Position numbers and translations under genes: made by a program
Source: Felis catus
Taxonomy: Eukaryota
DNA length: 64,000 bases
Direction: 5' to 3'
Assembly: GCF_018350175.1 (NCBI RefSeq)
Contig: NC_058375.1
Span: 6,014,001 to 6,078,000, forward strand
The notes under the pieces: model-generated
Database searches by the model: none
What the model was told of the DNA's origin: nothing
Seen by the model: the letters and a program-made list of their open reading frames with translations, nothing else
Shown: positions 27,491 through 41,712 of the stretch, piece by piece
How the letters are laid out: each line of letters starts with the position of its first letter
Numbering within the stretch: the stretch's first letter is position 1

Positions 27491-28817
27491 TAATTATTCA
27501 TGAAAAAAATAGGTCATATGATCAACCTAACCCCATTCAGTAGGTACTGTTGTTATGTACATTTTCCCAAAGCAAAAGCAAGCACAGACAAACTGAGCAA
27601 GCTGACCAAAAATCACACAACTATGTGTTAGATCTAGAATATGAACCCAGGCCACTGACTCCAGAGCCTAGACTCTTAACCACAAGGCCATATTGCCTTA
27701 AATTACCCGTCCTTAAAAGCCAAGCTATCCAAAGGGTGTCACTGTAGGCCCTTGAGATGAAAACAGCATTTTGGGAACATTCACCTTGCCTGGCTGGAGG
27801 TATATGCCATTAAGAGGTGTTAGTCCAATCCATACAAGCTTGCTTTCAAATCCACTCTCTGAAAGTCTAACTAGATCAGGAACCAAAGCACCTCAAGAAC
27901 ATCTGCCTTTGCCATTTCTGCATTTACCATTCTCCTTTAGGAGCAAAAGGAGATGGTCCCAACATGGAAGACCTAAGAAAACTGCCCAAGAAATATGGGG
28001 TCAGCAGATCTGTGAACCCTGGCAGAGGTAAGACTGTGTTTTATCTAAAACTGATGTGGTACTAGAAGCAGGTTGTGAAGTTCTTCCCCCAGACAAACCC
28101 AACCGTACAGGCAAATGGCTGGCTACACATGCCCCTCCCACGATTCTCTACACTTGGGGTTAATGAATATTTAAACTCCCATCAATCCTGAGTTCATACC
28201 CTCATCCCTAGAGCACACGTCTTATTCGAAGAATCTACACAATGGAGATGGGATGTACTAGCCAAATTCGGAGAGGGAACTTTGTGGCACCAAAACATAA
28301 GGAAGCACAGAATGAACGCCCCTTATTCAGAAGTGGATGTAATGTTTAAAGGAACACTTCCCCCTCAGAAACTTGGGGGGAGAACTCAAAGAATGAAGAT
28401 GAGTGGACTCTGACAAATATATTAATTTCTTCCAAAAAGACAGAATAACAAAACACAGGACGTACAAAAGGTTTGGAAAGCACCTAGAACAGCAAAACTC
28501 TAGATTACAATTAACAACTCAATTAAAATTAAATAACAAACAATATCCAATCTTCTTATTTGAAGTAGGAGTAAGGAATTCCAAAAGATGAGGTGCCTAA
28601 GCAGGTTTCCATACATAAACGAGAAAACAAATAACCAATCAACCCATCATCCTTTTCTTTAAAGAACACACAAACTCATTTAATATAAGCAATCGTTGTC
28701 CTATACTGTTAAATGTGAAATTCTGCCAAATCCACACAGAATTTTTTACTTTGCACACTACCTACAGTTGTGTCTCTGCTGCTCAGTGGGTTAAGGAAAA
28801 TTCACCGTCACTCTAAA

Positions 28818-29033
28818 CTAGGCCTACTCAACTGCGGCAAGATAAACATTTGGGGTCAGATCATTCTTTGTTGTGTGGAAGCTGTCCGCCGTCCTGTGCA
28901 TTATCCCTGGTCTCTACCCATGGGAGATCCTAACAGCACAACCCACTGCTCCAGTCAGGACAATAAAAAAGAACTCCAAATATTGCCACATATCATCTGG
29001 GAAGCAAAACTGCTTACAAAGGAGAACCACTGC
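28818..29033. mobile_element. MER20-like hAT MITE
   Basis: CATTTGGGGTCAGATCATTCTTTGTTGTG...ATATTGCCA...GAGAACCACTG. Confidence 0.75.
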
Positions 29034-29514
29034 TTTAAAGAAATAAAATTATTTGTCTATCACAGAGATTTCAAGGGGTTAAACATCTGTGTTGCTTTAT
29101 TCATAATTATGCTTGACTAACATGCAATCCATAAAGCTAACACCATTACAAAAACTGTAAGATGGCATGTTCTTTGTTCTCTGAAATAAGCTAGACTAAT
29201 TCAAAGCACTGCCTGAAATAGTAATTACACAGGTGTCTAAAGCTGAATTAGGAAAACAGAAGTAACATATCCTGAAAATCTTGATGTTTTCTGGCAAGCC
29301 CTGAAGATTGTTAGGGGTAATATTACTCATTGGTGAGTTGCCTGATTGTGGGGCCAAGTGGATGCTTCTGTTATCATACAACTGAAGAGAAAACCTGATG
29401 TCCACAATGCCAAGTACAAGGGAAACCAAATGCCTATGAATTCAAGCCCCTGATGTGAAAGGGGATAGAATTCCTAAGCTCACTTGCCCAAAGCAAGGCC
29501 ATAAAGAAAAAACG

Positions 29515-29915
29515 AAGCAGATGGAGAACTATAATATGGTATATCCGTACAACAGAACATTATTCAGCAATTACAAGAAATGAAATACTGATACAACATG
29601 GATACAAAACCTGGAAAACATTATGACATGCAAAAAAAAGCCAGTCACAAAAGACCACATATCATATGACCCCATTTATAGTAAATGTCCTGAAAAGGCA
29701 AATCCACAGAGAAAGCAGATTAATGGTTGCCAAGGAAGCGGGGGACAGGGCAGGGAATGACTGTTATGGTTACAGGATTTCTTTTAGGGGTGATAAAAAA
29801 TGTTCTAGAATTGACTGTGGTGATAGTTACACCTATCTGTGATATATTAAAGCCATTAAATTGTATACTTTAAATGGGTAAATTATAAGTGAATTATATT
29901 TCAATACAGCTGTTG
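29515..29915 (+). mobile_element. LINE-1 3' fragment (L1MB-like)
   Basis: ATGGTATATCC..., GCCAGTCACAAAAGACCACATAT, AATGTTCTAGAATTGA, TTGTATACTTTAAATGGGT...CAATACAGCTGTT. Confidence 0.85.
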
Positions 29916-30066
29916 AAACACACAAACAGCGACTTTACAAACTAGTAAGAAAAAAGCTCAAAACTTTACTGCAGTTAAGAAAAAAGATGCTAAAACACAC
30001 AAACAGCAATGTTACAAACTAATAAGAAAAAGCTCAAAGCTTTACTGCAGTCAAGAAAAAAGATAC
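29916..30066. repeat. Tandem duplication, about 77-bp unit x2
   Basis: AAACACACAAACAGC...TTACAAACTA.TAAGAAAAAGCTCAAA.CTTTACTGCAGT.AAGAAAAAAGAT occurs at 29916 and 29993. Confidence 0.9.
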
Positions 30067-30217
30067 ATCTGGCTAAAATAAGGATGAGCTGTTACTCTGT
30101 AATTGAGTAACACCACCTCTTAAAGCTGTAAAAGTATAGTTAATGAACACATAGAAGGAGAAGTTTTACCTCATGTAATGCTAAGAATGAGAGAAACTTT
30201 CTTTGGACCACAATCAT

Positions 30218-30435
30218 CTTTTTGTTTGTTTAAGTTTATTTTTGAGAAAGAGAGAGAAAGCACGAGTCAGGGAAGGGTAGAGAGAGAGGAAGGAAGAGAG
30301 AGAAGAATCCCAGGCAGGCTCTGCGCCATGAGCACAGAGCCCAATAAGGGGTTCAAACTCACGAACTGTGAGATCGTGACCTGAGCCAAAATCAAGGGTC
30401 AGCCCGCTTAACCAACTAAACCACCCAGGCGGCCC
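30218..30435 (-). mobile_element. CanSINE
   Basis: Reverse copy; TSD TGGACCACAAT(C/A)ATCTTT. Confidence 0.9.
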
Positions 30436-31099
30436 TGGACCACAATAATCTTTAACATGCAGTAGTATGTGCTCAGGCTTACACCTGTGCATCACATGTT
30501 CCGAAGCAGGTAAACAGGACAGGGTTGCTTTCAGTCTGCAGAGCTCCAAGATGCAAAGTAATTCACAACCATGGCACATGAGCTCTCAGCATTTGACGAA
30601 AGGTAATGACAAGGTGAATTTTATAGTTAATACAATTACACTTCACACATACATGAAAAACCAAAAGCATTCATAATGCACTTTTAATCCATGGGTACAA
30701 ATTATATCAAGGGAAAAACAGAAACATAAAACTCATTGGAGCAATCCTTCTAAAAACACTTAGAATCCGAGTCTTAGATGAAAAGGAAAGGTAGCCCTGA
30801 CTAAAAGCAGAAGTCTAAATCAAAACTCAATTTGCCATTTTCTATGTCTGAGCTATTCTGACTGGGTGTGATTGTCTCCAGGTTGACCAAATGTGTTACC
30901 CTGCCTTCTTTGTTAGCCTGATGTCATTCAGAGAAAAGCAGAACCACCAGAACTACTCAGTTCCAGATGCCGGCAACCAGTGAGTGCGCAGGGAGTACGG
31001 GGAGTCCCAGGGCCTGGACCACAATGCTTAGATGTTGCAGCTGTTGTAACCCTGATCATCAAATAAACACAAAGTCCAGAGCAGAGTCTTGGTTAACTG

Positions 31100-31990
31100 T
31101 TCCATTAATTCAGCAAATATTTACTGAGTACCCACTGACTGCCAGGAAGTGCCCTAGTCCCTACAGATACTTGTGCGACCAGAATACACACAATCTGTAA
31201 CCTCAGAGAGCTGAGAGTACAGAAGGGAAGGAGCAGACAATAAACAAACAAGAGCAGTGTATTACCTGGTGGTAAGTGCTACGGAGAAAAGCAAAGCTGG
31301 GCAAAGGGAATGAGGGGCTGTTAATTTATTTAAGGTAATCACTGATAAGGGTCACCTGACCTAAAGAACATACGTGAGCAAGCTGTGTGGTTGTCTGGGA
31401 GAAGGCACTCCAGGCAGAGAGAAAAGCAAGTACAAAGGCCCAAGGCAGAAGCATGCCCAGACAGCAGCAAAAGGCCAAGGTGGCTGAAACAGTGAAAGCA
31501 AGAAGGAAGCCAGAGATGAAGAGAAAGCTGGGGGCGTTTACTAAAGTAAGAGGAAAAAGCCAGTTGCATAGAAAAGGAAATGAGTGACATTCTAACAGAC
31601 ACTCTCTGGCTGCCGTAGGGCTTAGGAAACTATTGATTTAGGCAAGGTAGCGGCATGCAAGGTACCGGCAGAGGTCAGATTGTAGATACGTTGTTCAAGG
31701 AGGGCCATCAGAATCTGTTGTCAGATCGGACGTAGTATGAGACAAAGGAGGGGCCCAGATCTGGGCCTGAGCAACTGGACAAGTAGAGCTGTCATTTACT
31801 GATATGGGGCAGAGAAGGAAAATGGGAAATTCTGTTTGGAACAGGTTAGATTTGAGATGCCTAACAGATCTCTAGAGTTGAGAGGTTAGAAAGCTCTAGG
31901 CTAGAGATAAAAATCTAGTCTTCACCACACAGGCAGTATCAACAACCATGAGACTGGCCAGTTGAAACCAACAACCGGGGATGAAATACA
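31100..31990 (+). mobile_element. L2 relic
   Basis: ATTCAGCAAATATTTACTGAGTACC...TGCCAGG; AAGCAAGTACAAAGGCCC; TGAGCAACTGGA; TTTGAGATGCCTA. Confidence 0.7.
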
Positions 31991-32717
31991 CAAGGTCGCA
32001 AGAAAACAGTCTGCAGCAAATAGGATATTACAGACAGGCCAAATAAATCTGTGAACGACCAGTGAAGCTACAGTGACGGGATGGTGGAAAGACCGCATAA
32101 GGACCCTGTTCTGAAAATCCTGAAAGAAATGAAAGCAATACAATACACTGGTTTATTCACAGGGAAACCCAAAGCATATGTAAGGTGTCTAAAGAAAAAC
32201 TCCAGATTAGTGATGTTACCAAAAGCTGCATTTAATAAAATCTAGGCTGCTACAGTCTTGTTGGTTTCCACTCCAGGAAGACACATTAGATGGGAACACT
32301 CCCCTACCCCATTTCAAAGGGAAATGCACCTGCAGTCCAAAAGAAGACCTGGGGGCGGGGTATGCTATTTGAAAGATACTCACCTTGCAAGTTAATAAAA
32401 GAGAATTACTGGATTAAAAAAATAACTTCGCTAAGTAACATTTCTGAGTTCCCGAATTGAACACTGTAAAGTCCACATGAAAAGAGAGAAAGAAAACATG
32501 AGGTGTAATAGGCTCATTAGTGATGTTTACTTGGTGTCATAATTGGAATCCTAAAGAATTGGTGAGTCAAAGAAGGAGGGGGGAGGTGTATTGTTTTTAA
32601 ATACTTAGTATGAAAGGTTTAACTGGATTCAAAAATCTATGTGATTAAGAAAACTGTGATTACATTAATCAATTAAAGAAAGGAAAGTGTGCCACCAAAT
32701 TTAAAAGATAATCATAT

Positions 32718-32886
32718 GGGCGCCTGGGTGGCCAACTTAGGCTCAGGTCATGATCTCCTGGTTTGCGGGGTTCGAGCCCTGCGTCAGCCTCCGCACTGAC
32801 AGCTCAGAGCCTGGAGCCTGCTCAGATTCTATGTCGTCTTCTATCTCTGCCCCTCTCCTGCTTGTACTCCCGTGTGTGCGCATGCC

Positions 32887-32920
<34 letters not shown>

Positions 32921-32980
32921 TTCTCTCTCTGTCTCTCAAACATAAACAAATAACTAAAAACTTTAAGATAAATAAATTAA
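32718..32980 (+). mobile_element. CanSINE
   Basis: Forward copy; TSD AAAAGATAATCATA. Confidence 0.9.
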
Positions 32981-35900
32981 CAAAAGATAATCATACTCTG
33001 GAAACAGAATTTTAAACACTCAAATTACTAAATTCTAGCTAATGACAAGTTTCCAGCAACTAGAGAAAATGCAATATTCTTCTATTTGCCACCTCCTTCA
33101 CGATGAACAAATTCTTTCATTAATGGTGATCAAGAATTTGAAAACATGTTCATAAGAAAAGTCTTCATCAGAAACTGACTAGCCATTTTATGCCTAGAAT
33201 CTAATGTAAAAATGTATGGTTCACAGAAGCAAGCTCAAATTTTCCAACAGAAATTTGGAAGAACCTTTATTCGGTATTTTAGGCAAATTCAACGTTTATT
33301 ATCTTCCTTCACTGTTACTTCCTGTCTTATATTTGAGAAGTCATAATGAATTTTTCACAAAGTCCCATATAAGCACTCCCAAAATATTTCCAGTTTACCC
33401 AGTATGCTACACAAATATCATCTTCTACATATGTGGAACAGTGGGAAAAGCACGAACTCCAGGTAATCTGAACAGTACACGCATGTTCTATAGCTGACTG
33501 TTTTAGATTCCCTGTACTTGTTGGCACCAAATGACTGATTACATTAACATTAAGAGTAAGAATAACCATAAAGGGAGGGGAAGGGTCACTGCCCAATAAG
33601 AGAGTCTAGATTTCAAAATAAGCATTCTTACATATAATTATCTAGCTGCCATCATTCATCAGCAATGAAGACAGCACTGCTTTTTCTCAGCACTAAAGTC
33701 TCTCCATGACCAAGAAGGGCATCCAAGATGCCAAGAGCAGTTAAGTGATATATGACATATACAGCAAAAAGCTGAAAAGCACAAGAGTCAAATCTGTGGG
33801 TACTCAGAGCCAAATGGAGCCTGAAAACGAAGAAACTACAAGTGGAAAGAAGGAAACAGTAGAAGGAAGCATGGGACAGCACAAACCTACAGAGTGTCAC
33901 CTGAAGTTCCCACTGCAGGTGTCAGCAGTAACCTCTCAGGTTATTCAGATATACCATACGTGGCTTCGGGCCCCAATACGTTAAACCATTGTACCATCAG
34001 TTTTCAAAGAGTCCCTTGGCAGAATACAAATGGCTTAAGAGTATACCAGTGCCTTTCTATTAAATGTTTACCAAAAAAATCTTAAATACCATTAACTCAA
34101 GGTCAGATACTAATTCTGTGTACAAAAAACAAACAACAAAAAAACAACAAAAACCACACACACACTTGGATATGTGTGATCAGCAGTACGTAGAAAAAAA
34201 CTCATACGGAAGACAAGATATTTTTTTTTTATTTTCACCCTCTCTTGATGACAACAGATAAACATTCAAGAATAGTCCCTATTATTATATAGTAGCTTAG
34301 TTTATTTATTACAACAAACTTTAGAGGATGATATAATGGCCCCACATAACCCATGAAAAACCCCAGTCCTGCTCAGCTTGTAACACATTCTCTAATAAAA
34401 AAAATCATTTACCTCTTGGACCAGGTCCACCTGGGAAGGAAAAGAGAGTGCCTTCAAGTCTACATCAGGGTTTTCCAATATAAATGTGGCACCTCTCTAA
34501 AGCAAGTGTCTGCCAAGATCTTGGAAAGATCATTGCCAAGAAACCCATTAATTTGCAACAAAAGACTCCAAAAGATAAGTATCAAAGTGAGAAAAAGTAA
34601 ATATCATGTTTCTTTAAAGAATGGAGTGAGAAAGCTCAAGGCTATCCGTTTATATTAAAACATACACAAATTAGATCTACTGCATTACAATTTAAAATGT
34701 AAATTTTATTAAATATTATATATGCAAAACTGTAGGTTTTTCCAGAGCCCTTATCTTCATCCTGACATTTATAAATTATTAATGCAGCCCTGTATCCACC
34801 ACTGGACTGTTAGGAAACCTTATGATTTATAGACCTGAACATTATCATCAGAAGGAAAGTAATACTGGGAGGGAAAAAAAGGAAAAGCTATGTCTTCAGA
34901 ACTTTTCCAACAAAGCTTTTTTTTTTTAAATATTAAAAAGCAAGTGAAAGGATGACACCTATGAACAGTAACTGCGGTAACAATGAGCAGGACTGAAGGA
35001 GGCAGACACTGCGTTTCTTCCAGAAGCAAGTGCATCTGCTAACAAGACTTATATTGGTCACGTGTTGGCAGGCTTAATCAATACCACACAGGTATTCTTT
35101 TCTAAGCTTTCATCTCATAGACTCTTAAGAAAAAGACAGCAGAGCAATTGCCAGCTTAAATGAGGTCTGTATCCCAACTGTTCAAAAGTCAAGTTCCCTT
35201 GACAAATTTCCTCAATTTTGTTGTCAAGGAAAAATTAAACCTACAAGCAAAATACTCCTTCCCTAATCCACAACCACAAAACTATCAGAAGTTCAGTCTA
35301 TTGCCCAATGTTACGTATATTGAAGCGCTCTAGTCTCTAGTGACCTTTAAGAACACCTGGAAAGTGCAAGCAACAATATTCAACACGAGAGAACATAAAT
35401 TTCAAAAGCAACTGACAAATGCAACCTGGAAGGCTGAAATGTAAATGGAGCATAAGGTTACAACAGCATTCTCCAAAGAAATCCTCTTTCTCACTTCAGA
35501 AAACAGAGGAATTTCTTCTCAAATCCTTTCAATGGAAAAACTGCCACTTCCAATTAAAGTCAATTTGATCAAATCTATGAGACCTGAGGGAAACGCACAG
35601 GATCCCTTTCTTTACTCTTGTCCCTGCTTCCTTTGCAACTTGCAAACTGACTACCAATATGACTAACTACCTAGAGACATGTGTGCCATTTTCAACAACT
35701 GGTAATTTACAGTTTTGTTTGTTTTTAACCAGCTGGATGCAATGTGTATTGCTTCTTCCCTATAGGTCTGTCCCTTTTGATATTTTTTTAAACAAATGAT
35801 ATGATATGAACTAAGAAGCATTTTTAGACTACTACAGAATTTTAGAATTGTGTAGAAAAGGCAGTAATAGTAAATAGCAGCTCCTCTCATCAATGTAAAA

Positions 35901-36706
35901 CCCACGGAAGCCCCCAATAGCAGGGAAGACATTTCTACGCATCCAGAGAGCCTCATTACCACATCCACGCTAAGCCAATCCTACTCTCTACCAGGAACAA
36001 AACCCAGCAGGGTACATGTTTGTTGGTGACACTATTAGCCTTTCTAATAAATTTTAGGCTTGGTAATCTACCGGATGGAATCAAAGACAAACTGGAGGCA
36101 GATGATGTCAGGGCTTCTATCTCTAGTTCCCATAAGATGATGCATGTAACTGAATGGAGAAGAGATTTTAATTTTGAAGAGTGTTGCGTTTCAGTTGCCT
36201 ATTACATAGCCATCCAGACTGAGGTATCCGCTGGGCAGCTGGAAATATAGTCTCAGCCCCAAATGCTCAGGAGGACCAAGGCAAGGTTATGGACTTGGGA
36301 GTCTTCAACATATAGGAAATGCTAAAATACAAAGAATCCAAAGACTTTAATATGTACGGATACTAAACGAGATGGCCCAGAAAGAGCATTAGATGAAGAC
36401 TATAGGGCTAAACATAGATACCGCCAGCTTTTCCCAAACCAAATTCCTAAAGAAAATAAAAATCCGGATGCCCTGACAAGCAGCCCAAAACAAACAACCA
36501 TCACAATAAAACCTTCTGTTTAAAGTAGGTATGGGACACATTGCTTGTACTCATAATGTTTACACCACATATTGTCCTATTAAAGGGTTGAAGAAGCCTA
36601 TAGGTAAGAAAACTATTCAACAAATTAGTTATCAACAGGATCAAACACCCACAGGATATTGTCCAGTGTAATTCATCTCCAAAAACGATCAATGCCCCCC
36701 AAAACA

Positions 36707-36836
36707 GGGGATGCACACCTGGGTGGCTCAGTCAGTTAAGCATCCGACTTGATTTTTGGCTCAGGTCACAATCTCACAGTTCGTAAGATCTAGGCCCTCT
36801 TTGGGTTCCATGCTGACAGCATAGAGCCTGCTTGGG

Positions 36837-36886
<50 letters not shown>

Positions 36887-36955
36887 CCTCCCCTACTCAC
36901 ACATGCACTTGTGCTCACTCGCTCTCTCTCCCAAAATAAACAAACATTAAAAAAA
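36707..36955 (+). mobile_element. CanSINE with long (CT)n
   Basis: Forward copy; TSD core GATCAATGCC. Confidence 0.9.
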
Positions 36956-37479
36956 GAGAGATCAATGCCAACTCTTGTTCTTCCTTAGAATAGTATGTGA
37001 TGTGAGTTGTAGACAAGAGTAATAGAAATTCAACTTAACTGCACTTAACTAATCCTTAGAAAGTCTTGTTGGGAACTGATGCCCCGAATACCTGCCACAT
37101 CAACTGGTCCCTTAATCACCGATCAGATTTTAGAAAACTTCTCCAAACTATTCAACCGGTCATTTTCTCCTCATGTTAGAGACCAACATCAACTTGAACT
37201 ACAGAACCATATAAAGAAGGATTCACTTCGCAAAAGTTTTAGAAGGCAAACTGAAGGACTAAATAAAGCCAAGTCAGGTACTTTCTACCAAGAAAGGACA
37301 GAAGAACAGAGGGACAGAACAAAGGGGGTTAAGGAAAAGAATCTGCCAGTGAGCAAGGGAGAGGAATCCACTCCCTCAAGTGAGATATTAAATTAAAATG
37401 TTAACAAACAGCAGGGGAATATCAGGATCTCCAGGGAAAAAAGAGACTCTTAACACCTAAAAACACCATAGGGTGCCAA

Positions 37480-37698
37480 AGCAGTGGGAGTATCTCTGGT
37501 CTTAGTGTCTGACTCTAGATCTCAGCTCGGGTCATGATCTCATTCATGGTCCATGAGTTCGAGCCCCACATCAGGCTCTGTGCTGATAGTACACAGCCTG
37601 CTTGGGATCTCTCTTCTCTCCTTCTCTCTCTCTCCCTCGGTCCCTCCCTCATCCTCTACCCCCCCCCCCCCCCACCAAATAAATAAACTTAAAAAAAA
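37480..37698 (+). mobile_element. Diverged CanSINE with poly-C
   Basis: CTCAGCTCGGGTCATGATCTC...GAGCCCCACATCAGGCTCTGTGCTGA; A tail. Confidence 0.8.
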
Positions 37699-37969
37699 GC
37701 AAATAAACATTTGTTGAATAACTATGTATCATACAAGTCCAATCCAAGCCATCTGAGAAGTAATCCTTAATACCTCCAAAACCATGCCATACTATTCTTG
37801 CCCCTCTTTAATGAATTCCTTTTGCAATAATAGTCTATATCTTACAGCTTTGCATTTTAACATATATTACTAATGTAAAATATCTTGTTATTTAGTAATT
37901 CATGTGTTTCATATATCTTCTCCTCTCATTCTTCTCTGTAAACCTCTACAAGCAGAAACACACTCTGGT

Positions 37970-38160
37970 CCTTGCTAGCTTTAAACCGTGGGCAAGTCAA
38001 CTGCTCTGTCTAAACTTTGGTTTCTTCATCTATTAAAAAAGAAGATAATAATACAACACACGCCATGGAGTCATTGTGAGGAAGAAGTAAAATAACCCAT
38101 GTAAAAGTACTAATCTGTACAACGCCTAGCAGATACAGGATGCTCAATATGTGGCACTTA
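37970..38160. mobile_element. MIR relic
   Basis: GGGCAAGTCA...GGTTTCTTCATCTATTAAAA...GATAATAATA...TGTGAGGA...ATGTAAAAGTAC. Confidence 0.7.
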
Positions 38161-38849
38161 ACACTGAAGATACTAACACAAAGACCGTGCTCTGCACATC
38201 CCTAGAGTCCCACCGCATGATACACATTTTGCAGAAGACACTATGTTAGAATACTTCTAGCTGATCCTAGGAGTATTTCAGTTTGTACTGCGAGATAGGA
38301 AGAACTGTCAGTTGTCAGAGAAGCTTGTTCTGACTCCCCAAACCCCTCGAAAGGGCTCTCACAGCCCTCTGAGAACCTCTTTTCTTCACACCAACCTACT
38401 CTGGCTGTATAAGCATGGTCTCCTGTTTCTGCTTAGATTCCTAGGAGCAGAAATTATACCATGGTTAACTTTGAAAGCAATCAAATATTTGATGAATGAA
38501 CAAAATCCATTTATTAATTAGGCTTCATTTTTCATTATCCACTAACATGCTTTCCTCTTACAATCAAAGAACACAGATCATTAAGGCAGAATAATAAGGT
38601 TCTCATTAATGTTTCTCTTAAATACACGAAAACAGGCCACCCCTGGGTTTTTTGTTTAAAATTTTAATTGCAACTTTCATGTCACATACTAACGGAGTCT
38701 TTATATTCCCTTTTTCATTCCAACTTTCTCTAAAAGAAAATAAATAAAACCACATGTCCACAAAATTGTAACATGCCTGTCCACGCGAAAATGCCCTCAG
38801 ATGTTATTTATTACAGAGCCATGTGAATCACTTATGAGATTAACACAGG

Positions 38850-39048
38850 GCTGTACTGTCCAATATGGTAGCCAGTAGCCACGTATGCCTGTGTAAAATA
38901 ACTGAAATTAAATACAATTAAAAATTCAGTTCTTCAGTCTACACTAGCCACACTTCGAGTACTTGCCAGTAAGTGGCTAGGAGCTACCATATTGGACAGA
39001 GCAGATATAGAACATTTCCAACACCATAGTAAGTGCTATTAGCACTGA
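38850..39048 (-). mobile_element. MER3-like hAT MITE
   Basis: CTGTCCAATATGGTAGCCA...AAAATTCAGTTC...CTACCATATTGGACAG-GCAGATATAGAACATTTCCA internal palindromic structure. Confidence 0.85.
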
Positions 39049-40875
39049 TTAGATTAAGTGTATACAAATAAAAATACTAAGAATCCCATTTCATCAATAA
39101 CCTACTCCCTTTTAATCAACTCTAATAGCTCCAAGTACAAGAATATGCATAAACGCGAACCCATGGGCTTTATCCTTGACTTTCACAAAGACAACAGATT
39201 CTTAGAAAAGAGAGGGTACGAAAGTCCCATACCAATCTAAGGCTTCTTTCCTCTACTCCTGCAGCAATTTACACAACTTGACCTGAGGAAAAAAGAGCAA
39301 GAAAGCATTTTTCTCCACTATACCTCTTATCCAACCATAGTCACATCTGCCAAGTTTTAGAATCACAGGTTCCATTATCTTACAGTGTCAGCATTGCTTT
39401 GTAAATTCCACCTTCCACACTGATCTCCTCTGACTCACTCAACATATTATAGCATCACTCTAAAATCAGGGCCTAGAGCCTCTCTGCCAAATAGACTATA
39501 TGTAATGACAGTCTGGATAAATCATAAGTCTACCTGCTCTTGGGGGATTTTTCCAATCCTATGCAATTGCTGTGTGGGCATGTGGGAGGCTACACATGTT
39601 TCTTCAAAATAAAAACAAAACCCCAATTTCTGCAAAGGTGGTAAGTTACCTCTGTATTCATGACAAAACATGACAGGCAAAGTTCTGTTTGTCTACAAAA
39701 CTAGGAGCATAGGCACTAGGGCTATGCATAGAAACTAGGGCTTTTAAGAGCATATGTTTTCAACCACTTATTTGTAAATAATGATTGAAATATCCCAAAG
39801 CATTCCCCGAGCACTTCACTAGTTTCATCTACCACTTGTGTTGATTATCACAGGCTGCTTATACACAGGAAGAGGGGCAGAAGAAGAAGCCGTAAGAGCC
39901 GTAAGAACTCCGTGAGAGTTGCATTTCTCAGGAACACCTTCTTTCACCTGCAAGTGCCAAGTACCAATGACCTCTGAGGGGAAAGGTCAGCCATCTGCCT
40001 TGAGAGGAGGCCAAAACGTGAGCAACTATTTCTTTCCACTGAAAGAGCTTCTGAATCTTAGAAAGCAAGCAGAAGTAGGGTGGTGGTCTACAGAGCAAAT
40101 TCTCCCCAGGGAATTCGAGCTTGAATACAAAGTACTGTATCCCATAGAAAATGTTTCCCGTAGGACTCTGACAACAGGAAGGAGCAATTCAAAAACAAGG
40201 ACACAAGGTCATATGGATGGGGGAAGGGTGGGAAGGGGAGAAATAAGGAAGATGAGGGAAGAGTCTGAAAAAAAATCTTAGCTCTTGAGGCATGAGAATC
40301 AGACTCACAGGCCTCGAGGTAAAAAGGAAAGAGACACTGTGAAATATGGTGTCACCTATAAGACACCTATGCTTAAACAGGTCCTTGGGAGAAAAGAAAA
40401 CACTCAACCAGGATTTTCTTAAAAAAGAGGGGGGAAGATTATACCACCTTAGTTCCCCACTGGGGTGTGAAAAACTTTACTAATTTAAATGTGAGAGAAT
40501 GCCACTTCATTGTTCACATCCAGCTCAGATTAGGAACTGCAAGTACTATAACCCAGAAAAAAAGGATACAGGTAAATAAAAGAATAAGAAAAAAAAATGC
40601 TTTCCACGAATATGGGTCAATTCTGCAGGAATACACGTCAAGAAAGCATTACCATATGTCCTCTACAAAGTACACATCGAAATTTCAACCAGCTAAGTGG
40701 AGGGCAAGAGAAAGAAAGTAGGAAAGCATGTAAAGAAAAAAAAAAAAGAGAGAGGGAATGGAAATTTGAAAATTCATTATAAAATAACCATAAGCACCAA
40801 GAGATAAAAATGTTAAGAATGGGGAAGAGAGGTACTTATTAACAAACTTCCTGGACTTGCAAGACCATGTGTCTC

Positions 40876-40993
40876 GGGGCACCTGGCTGGCTCGGTCAGT
40901 AGAGCCTCAGAGCCTGGAGCTCTTGATCTCAGGGTAGTTGAGTCTGAGCCCTACGTTGGGCATGGAGCCTACTTTAAAAAAAAAAAAGAAAAA
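40876..40993 (+). mobile_element. Short tRNA-Lys-like CanSINE
   Basis: GGGGCACCTGGCTGGCTC...TCTTGATCTCAGGG...CCCTACGTTGGGC plus A tail, no CT tract. Confidence 0.8.
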
Positions 40994-41577
40994 GGTCTTT
41001 CCTTACTTACAAAAAAGCTAACAGAAACGATCCAAAAGAAAAGGAAGTGGAGGGGTGGGGAAAGATGTCGCAAGAAGAGACATGTAACCAACAATAAACG
41101 CCACTTCTAAGATGGTCCAAGAACTTCCAAACCAAACCAGATATGAACTGTATATAAGTGGAATAAACTGTAAGGATCTCATAGATCACGGTTCATACAC
41201 CAAATTCTTCATAGCAACCACAGAGTCTTTTTCTTAAGTATTTTGGTCAGGTGCTTTGAAAATGAGGTTTTGGAAGCCACATCTTACCACCTTAAAAGGT
41301 AAGATGGCTGGTTCTTTAGTCTAGCTCAGTTTTAATTTCTATAGCAAATATTTGACTTTAAAACATCTAACACCGTGGCAAAGTACAAATATTTGCTTAG
41401 CTTAATCATTCTCTATATATTATTCTACTTCCCCCGTAAATATAAAATACAAGAGGAAACCTAAAATCATTAATGCCTAAATTTGGCTGCAGTTTAAAAT
41501 GTACTATTAAACAAAATTTGAGAGTGAGTATAACTTCAAGTTCTGTATCACAGGCCTTCCATTAAATCAAGAAGACA

Positions 41578-41670
41578 GAGGCACCTGGGTGACTCAGTGG
41601 GTAGAGCGTGTTAACTCTCGATCTTGGGGTTGTGGGATCACTTAAAAAAATAAAATCTTAAAGAAAAAAA
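41578..41670 (+). mobile_element. Short deleted CanSINE
   Basis: GGCACCTGGGTGACTCAGTGGGTAGAGC head and A tail; TSD-like AAGAAGAC. Confidence 0.7.
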
Positions 41671-41712
41671 AGAAGACTATGATGACAACAAATCAGCAAA
41701 AATAAAGAAATA

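Noticed and set aside
26718-27503. 133-aa and 180-aa ORFs
   Set aside because: Lie in GC-richer, L2-like and SINE sequence; no splice signals or recognisable homology.
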